A stretch of 40,301 nt of DNA from Verrucomicrobiales bacterium. Lineage in GTDB: Bacteria; Verrucomicrobiota; Verrucomicrobiia; Verrucomicrobiales; V1-33. This document shows positions 36,101 through 40,301 of the stretch, in pieces; position 1 is the stretch's first letter, and each line of letters opens with the position of its first letter. The stretch spans positions 1 to 40,301 of the forward strand of contig JANOAV010000088.1 of assembly GCA_031411295.1 (NCBI GenBank). Reading direction: 5' to 3'. The notes beneath the pieces are model-generated. The model ran no database searches, was not told the DNA's origin, and saw nothing but the letters and a program-made list of their open reading frames with translations. Position numbers and translations under genes: made by a program.

Positions 36101-37056
36101 TTAATAAACTCACCGCCGAGCAGGGGCAAGCTTTGCGCGTGCAAGCGGCGGCCGATTTGAAATTTGCACCCCGTGAATTGCGCGCGCTGGCTGGCACCAA
36201 ATTGCATCTGATCTTCGACAACCCCGATCTCATGATTCACAATTTCGTGCTCTGTGCTCCTGGCTCCGAAGACGAGGTCGGAGCATTGGCGGATCAACTC
36301 GCGGCTACGCCAGAAGGCTTGGCGAAACAATACGTCCCTAACTCCCCGAAGATCCTGCAACACACGCCGCTCGTCTCCCCCAAAACCCGGGCCGTGCTGA
36401 CCTTCGAGGCCCCGAAAACCCCCGGCCGCTATCCCTACCTCTGCACCTTCCCCGGCCACTGGCGGATCATGAAGGGCGTTCTGATTATCGAGCAACCCGC
36501 CGCCAACGAGGTTCTGAAATCAGCCGACCAAGACGGATTCGAGACTGAGATCCCACGCGAAACGCTACCGATTCTCCAGAGCGAAGATCATGCAAGCAAT
36601 GCTGGTGGCGGCAAGGATGCCTCCGCGCTCTTCAATCGCACCACCCGCAATGGCCGGGGCACCGCAACCACTGCTGATGATGGTAAAACATTCCGCGGCT
36701 ATGGGGCCGGAGATTCCCTAACGATTCAATTGGATGCCGCCAAGCATCCTCAAGGCTTCGACCTCAGCGGCATCATCACCATTTCCGGCCACGACGATGC
36801 GCGAGCGAGTCAGCTGTATAAAGTGTCCATCGCGCTGGCCAACGCTCCCACGAAGTTTCTGCCGCTCGCGGAAATTTCCATCAAATCCAGCGGCGGTTCC
36901 GTCCTCAGCCGCCAACTCCCCGCAGACAATGCCGTGCTCGGAAATGCCGATGTCCAAGCCCGCGAAGTCGTGGCGGTGCGCTTCGATTTCAGCGATGGTG
37001 ACGCCGGCTATAATCTCTATCGAGAAATCGCCCTTCTGGGCAAACCCACGCCCTAA
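33175..37056 (+). CDS. Secreted multidomain protein: SGNH/GDSL-like domain, PVC-type dehydrogenase beta-propeller, HEAT repeats, azurin-like cupredoxin and C-terminal beta-sandwich
   Basis: FYGNSL, YGMNES and NGLHLN; FKVADGYAVNLFASDE..PVQIAFDARGRLWV, LEDTDRDGKAD and FRPADVEFGFDGGLYVSD..GRIWR; DPHPRVRMEV; MIHNFV...CTFPGHWRIM. Start reassigned to ATG 33175. Confidence 0.85.
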   Translation: MIVKSCCWFLLLCSLLLRPVRAELALAKDSTLLFYGNSLVERLLEHGELEAMVQLALPEAQLHFRSLAWTGDEVGHRLRAEGYAGHLKELMQAWPAQVVVVGYGMNESFAGAAGLPLFRSQLAGYLDQLGRLHPGATLVVLAPTAVEKSSSSEIDVAARNADIALYAEALAEAAKSRGALFVDLFQASRAAYEQGKTPLTTNGLHLNAEGNRAMAKVIARAFVGTAAVDKISVAQVAEVASAASQLAHFVEEVVRPKNGVLYYGVRKRPEERALEMPLYLKRIEQADAVVHQLVRKPGAKFAEMPAVSLPPLPPWKKPGSNGDVGVVKNAAEAQAEFKVADGYAVNLFASDEQFPELRAPVQIAFDARGRLWVVTMPSFPHTVPGQPQEDKIIVLEDTDRDGKADKCTTFVEGLDAVDGVAFTEQGVVISEQPRHWLMQDTNGDGRADTKRELLRGVDVTDSHHGGMIAADPLGAIWFCDGVFHRSQFETPYGVHRTVDSTTCRHNLLTGRIETEWQSITPNPWKITFDRWGNAFQMYGDGLVLDGLALTWTPLGVYHPFAYAQVVGYGKGSAAASISSPNFPAEYQQGMASAALLGSHAVSLTKFDFSGGMVKPSGRLDLVSSPNAAFRPADVEFGFDGGLYVSDFTSTIIGHAQNPMRDPRWNHVKGRIWRIVNQAGPVEKKWPKIEGAAAAELCKLLTHGQDIVRHHVRIELRKLGQAGLAAVDAWLAALPATDANLDQARLETLFIAEGLGQTRPAVLASLMKSTVGPYRAAAVHLLRLQADRLPEAKALLTAMAADPHPRVRMEVIDAVAHLRAKFPQLEEALAGINATDPTVNRMLKDLSYGTKPRLSASVPVLEIAPETRLTQWQDAGGGLYRTFVKATAASFATLAVKYSFLEVSLNGVQVFAADSQWSSDHQVQLEFMPGLNVLELSFKRLNGGPPAVHLFDAVGQRLVAVSIPQDRSQFDPLLAEFNKLTAEQGQALRVQAAADLKFAPRELRALAGTKLHLIFDNPDLMIHNFVLCAPGSEDEVGALADQLAATPEGLAKQYVPNSPKILQHTPLVSPKTRAVLTFEAPKTPGRYPYLCTFPGHWRIMKGVLIIEQPAANEVLKSADQDGFETEIPRETLPILQSEDHASNAGGGKDASALFNRTTRNGRGTATTADDGKTFRGYGAGDSLTIQLDAAKHPQGFDLSGIITISGHDDARASQLYKVSIALANAPTKFLPLAEISIKSSGGSVLSRQLPADNAVLGNADVQAREVVAVRFDFSDGDAGYNLYREIALLGKPTP

Positions 37057-37063
37057 GCGCTGC

Positions 37064-37155
37064 CATGGTGGAAGGGTGGATGGGGCGCCCTCGCCCCATC
37101 AGGTGGATGGGGCGCCCCCGCCTCCAGGCCAAGCAAGGGCGCGTCTGCCACCATG
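37064..37155. repeat. REP-like cluster
   Basis: Direct repeat GGTGGATGGGGCGCCC at 37075-37090 and 37102-37117, hairpin GATGGGGCG-CCCT-CGCCCCATC, all enclosed by CATGGTGG...CCACCATG. Confidence 0.65.
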
Positions 37156-37207
37156 CTCGACCCTCGGGACCCCATTGCCAGCGGTTGCATCCCTTCGATG
37201 TCACCCC

Positions 37208-39790
37208 ATGTTCCTTCTCATGAGCACGCCTTCATTGCTTCAGCGCTTTTTCTTGACCTCTCTCGTTTCGATCTCCTTCGCCACCGCCGGCTTCTCTGCG
37301 GAGGTGGGGGGGGATTGGTTTCCATTCCCGCTTTCCTCGGTGAAAGCGGGGGCTCCGGGATTAGTGGACGTGAGTTTCTTAAATGAAATGCCTGCGGGCA
37401 AATCGGGTTTCGTGAAGGTAGTGGGGGCGCACTTTCAGGATGGTGCAGGGCAGCGCCTGCGGTTCTTCGGCACGAATGTGGTGGCCAGCGCTTGCTTCCC
37501 GCAGAAGGCGGATGCGCCCAACATTGCTGCGCATCTTGCAAAGTTGGGGCACAACATCCTGCGCCTGCATTTTCTGGATAATCAGTGGGGCGGAGACTCC
37601 TTGCTTAAAGGACCAGATTACACCACGTATAACGAGGACGCCTTTGATCGACTCCACTTCTTCCTCCATGAACTGAACAAGGTGGGGATCTACATCAATT
37701 GGAATCTTCATGTGGGCCGCGTCTATGCGGGATCGCCCAAAGAAGGGCCGGACCATAGCAAGCAGATCGATCTGATCTACCCGCCCTACAGCGATGCCTT
37801 TCAAGCCTATGCCCGGAAACTACTGACCACCAAGAATCCTTACTCTGGCAGGGCTCCATTTGAAGACCCTGGCGTGGCGGTGGTGGAATTGAATAACGAA
37901 AATTCCCTGTTAATGAATCCCTGGTGGCTGGGAAAATTAGCCGATCCCTTCGCTCAAGAAATCCGCACCCAATGGAACGACTGGCTGCTGAAACAATACC
38001 AGAATTCGGCAGTGCTCACGAAAGCCTATGGCCTCACGGAGGGTCAATTGGGCCCCAATCTGGTGACCGTGCAACCGCAGGTGGAAGCCGCCGGTGGAGC
38101 TTGGGGGCGGGAGGATCGCAACAATGCCCACAGCACCCTAACGCAGCTCAAGGATGGTGGCGTGCGCTGGGAAATTCTGCAACCGGGCCCCAACCCATGG
38201 AGTCACCATTTCAATCTGACGGATCTGAAATTACCCGTGGGGACGCGTGTCGCCTTGAGCCTGGAAGCTCGCTCGGAAGCTCCTCGCGCACTGGAAATCA
38301 CTTACATGCTGAATGAAGGCAGCTATGCCATGGCTGGGCTCAGTCATCGGGCCACGTTGACCAAAGATTGGCAAACGGTGCAGGTGAACTTCACTGCCCT
38401 GGGAGATGAGGCGAGCAAGAAGCGACTCACCTTCGATGGCCTGAATGCGCCAGGCGTCATCGAATTCCGCAATGTGAAACTACAGACAATTCCGCCAGGT
38501 TATCTGCGCACCGGACAACGCTTGGAGACTAAGACGGTGCCCTTCCCAGATCGGGATGCCCCGGAAGTGGTGCGACGTGATGTGTTTGAATTCCTCGCAG
38601 CCACGGAGATCTCCTGGGCTTTGAAACAGAAGAAATTCCTGCGGGAGGAATTGAAGGTGCCGCAACCCATCGCCCATTCCCACGTGCTGTTCGGCGGCTT
38701 ATTGGGAGCGCGGCGGGAACTGTTGGTGAGTGATTTCATCGACAATCATGGCTACTGGGAGCATCCGGATTTCCCCCACAAAGCATGGGACATGAACGAC
38801 TGGAACATCAAGAACACCTCACAGTTGGCCAGCGTTTCCGGAGGCACGCTGGCTGAACTGGCGATGCAGCGCCCAGCGGGAAAGCCTTATTCTGTAAGCG
38901 AATTCGATATCCCTGCGCCGAGTGATTTTTCAGCGGAGTCCCTGCCGATGCTGGCCACCTTCGCCTGCCAACAAGACTGGGATGCGATTTATACGTTCAC
39001 TTATGCCAATGACGTGAAGGCCTTTGCGGCAGAGAAAATCCATAGTTTCTTCGATCAAGCGGGGAATCCCGCGAAAGAAGGACTGATCCCCGCCGCCGCG
39101 TTGATTTTCCGCAAGGGATTGGTGAACCCGCATCAACCGGAATGGCAACAAGAGTTCACCGAGGAACAACTCTTTCAAGATTGCACTAGCAGTAACGGAG
39201 AACTCTGGGGCGCTTGGCGCAGGTTATGGAAAACGGCGGCAGGAGCCGATGGCAAGCTCGCGATTGGGATGCGGATGAGCGTTTCCCTTCTGACCAAGGA
39301 TCAACGTCCGAAAGGTATGGGCGAAGCCGGAAACGGGATCGTGCCGACGACCTGGGAACCGGAGCGTCAGAAGTTTCAAGTAAACACCGAACAACTGCTG
39401 ATCGCTCAAGGACTGATTAGCGGAGAGTCGATGTTCCGCGGGATCAGCCTCTCGGTGCCACCCTTGGATGGGAATGGTCACGGCACTGTGGTCCTGGTGA
39501 GCCTGGATGGGAAACCGCTGACGCAATCCAAGAAAATGCTGCTTACTTCCCTGCGACGAGTCGAGAACACCGGCCAACAATGGAATGACACGCGCACCAG
39601 CGTGGGAACCAACTGGGGCCGCGCTCCGGCTCTGGTGCAGGGACTCACCGCCAAGCTGACCTTTCCCGAGGCTGATATTGTCGTGACACCGCTAACCGCT
39701 GAAGGTCAGCCGGGGAAATCTCTACCGCCCAGTAAGTCTGTGGAAATTTCACCAAGTCAGAAAACCATCTGGCACCTACTAACTCGCTAG
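37208..39790 (+). CDS. Secreted clan GH-A (GH5-like) glycoside hydrolase with an inserted CBM4/9-like module
   Basis: Signal peptide; RLRFFGTN, NILRLHFLD, GIYINWNLH, NPYSG, VELNNE (acid/base), DNHGYWEHP, YSVSEF (nucleophile) and QQDWDAIYTF; an ~170 aa beta-sandwich inserted after the acid/base residue. Start ATG 37208 or 37220. Confidence 0.8.
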   Translation: MFLLMSTPSLLQRFFLTSLVSISFATAGFSAEVGGDWFPFPLSSVKAGAPGLVDVSFLNEMPAGKSGFVKVVGAHFQDGAGQRLRFFGTNVVASACFPQKADAPNIAAHLAKLGHNILRLHFLDNQWGGDSLLKGPDYTTYNEDAFDRLHFFLHELNKVGIYINWNLHVGRVYAGSPKEGPDHSKQIDLIYPPYSDAFQAYARKLLTTKNPYSGRAPFEDPGVAVVELNNENSLLMNPWWLGKLADPFAQEIRTQWNDWLLKQYQNSAVLTKAYGLTEGQLGPNLVTVQPQVEAAGGAWGREDRNNAHSTLTQLKDGGVRWEILQPGPNPWSHHFNLTDLKLPVGTRVALSLEARSEAPRALEITYMLNEGSYAMAGLSHRATLTKDWQTVQVNFTALGDEASKKRLTFDGLNAPGVIEFRNVKLQTIPPGYLRTGQRLETKTVPFPDRDAPEVVRRDVFEFLAATEISWALKQKKFLREELKVPQPIAHSHVLFGGLLGARRELLVSDFIDNHGYWEHPDFPHKAWDMNDWNIKNTSQLASVSGGTLAELAMQRPAGKPYSVSEFDIPAPSDFSAESLPMLATFACQQDWDAIYTFTYANDVKAFAAEKIHSFFDQAGNPAKEGLIPAAALIFRKGLVNPHQPEWQQEFTEEQLFQDCTSSNGELWGAWRRLWKTAAGADGKLAIGMRMSVSLLTKDQRPKGMGEAGNGIVPTTWEPERQKFQVNTEQLLIAQGLISGESMFRGISLSVPPLDGNGHGTVVLVSLDGKPLTQSKKMLLTSLRRVENTGQQWNDTRTSVGTNWGRAPALVQGLTAKLTFPEADIVVTPLTAEGQPGKSLPPSKSVEISPSQKTIWHLLTR

Positions 39791-39805
39791 ATTGCCGCCG
39801 TCACC

Positions 39806-40198
39806 ATGCCTCCTGTTCATCTCAAAATCTTCGTGCGCGATCTTGGTTCTAACATTTATTATTCGGCCGATGGCGATCTCTCTCAGGGATTGTTTGAAGA
39901 CTACATTTTGCACGAGGACGAGAAGCAGCCGATGATGAAGAAAGGCCACTACACGCGCACTGTGAAACAAATCGAACAATGCGTGCGTTACATTGATTTC
40001 TGTATGACGCAGCAACCAGGCTGCTTCGAGCAGCATGAACCACTATTCCCGCTCACCGTGGATTCCTCCCGACTCATTTATACCCTGGTGAAAGTCGTCG
40101 ATGATGAGGATAACCGCGCCCCCAGCCCGCAAATGCTGGCCGCGTTCTTGGAGCAGACCGCAGGCTCAGACATCCTGACCTGGCCGGAAAATCGATGA
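39806..40198 (+). CDS. Hypothetical protein (130 aa)
   Basis: ATG-initiated ORF 15 bp downstream of the GH gene on the same strand; no motif recognised. Confidence 0.55.
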   Translation: MPPVHLKIFVRDLGSNIYYSADGDLSQGLFEDYILHEDEKQPMMKKGHYTRTVKQIEQCVRYIDFCMTQQPGCFEQHEPLFPLTVDSSRLIYTLVKVVDDEDNRAPSPQMLAAFLEQTAGSDILTWPENR

Positions 40199-40300
40199 TC
40201 TGATGGTTTGAAAAACGAGGGTTAGGTCCGTGCCTGGGTAGGTGGTTTCGGTCTCGTTGAGTTCGGCGCACAGGTGCTCCACCACAGTGTCGTGCATGGG
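40166..40300 (-). CDS. Probable 3' end of a CDS entering from the right edge
   Basis: Open frame from the window end, ...PMHDTVVEHLCAELNETETTYPGTDLTLVFQTIRSSIFRPGQDV*; protein-like but not identifiable. Confidence 0.35.
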   Translation of the reverse strand, partial: PMHDTVVEHLCAELNETETTYPGTDLTLVFQTIRSSIFRPGQDV

Positions 40301-40301
40301 G

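Overview
GC-rich bacterial chromosomal window, most likely Verrucomicrobiota (inferred from a PEP-CTERM giant beta-helix protein, a PVC-type dehydrogenase-domain protein and a ...FYRV C-terminus). Left to right it contains: a GH30 hydrolase, an RlaP/YcgL-type nucleotidyltransferase, a GH76 mannanase and a secreted EEP nuclease; a four-gene nitrate/nitrite reduction operon behind a sigma54-type promoter (CysJ-like diflavin reductase, NirA, a fused 4x[4Fe-4S]/DmsC membrane anchor and a Mo-bisPGD nitrate reductase); a divergent orphan SufS; a heme c-fused PHM-like copper monooxygenase; a DUF2103-like ORF; a 300-bp MITE with nested hairpins, with the right end of a second copy at the window start; a beta-helix glycanase; a NarL-type two-component pair; a 4016-aa PEP-CTERM adhesin-like protein flanked by same-family REP doublets; an SGNH/propeller/azurin fusion; and a GH5-like/CBM hydrolase. 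No rRNA, tRNA, CRISPR array or transposase was recognised. The best candidates for an undescribed system are the apparently quinol-fed, membrane-anchored assimilatory nitrate reductase module (whose NirA and flavoprotein share an N-terminal motif), the CTAG-targeting MITE, and the two electron-carrier-fused copper proteins. All family calls come from motif recognition by eye, not from database searches.
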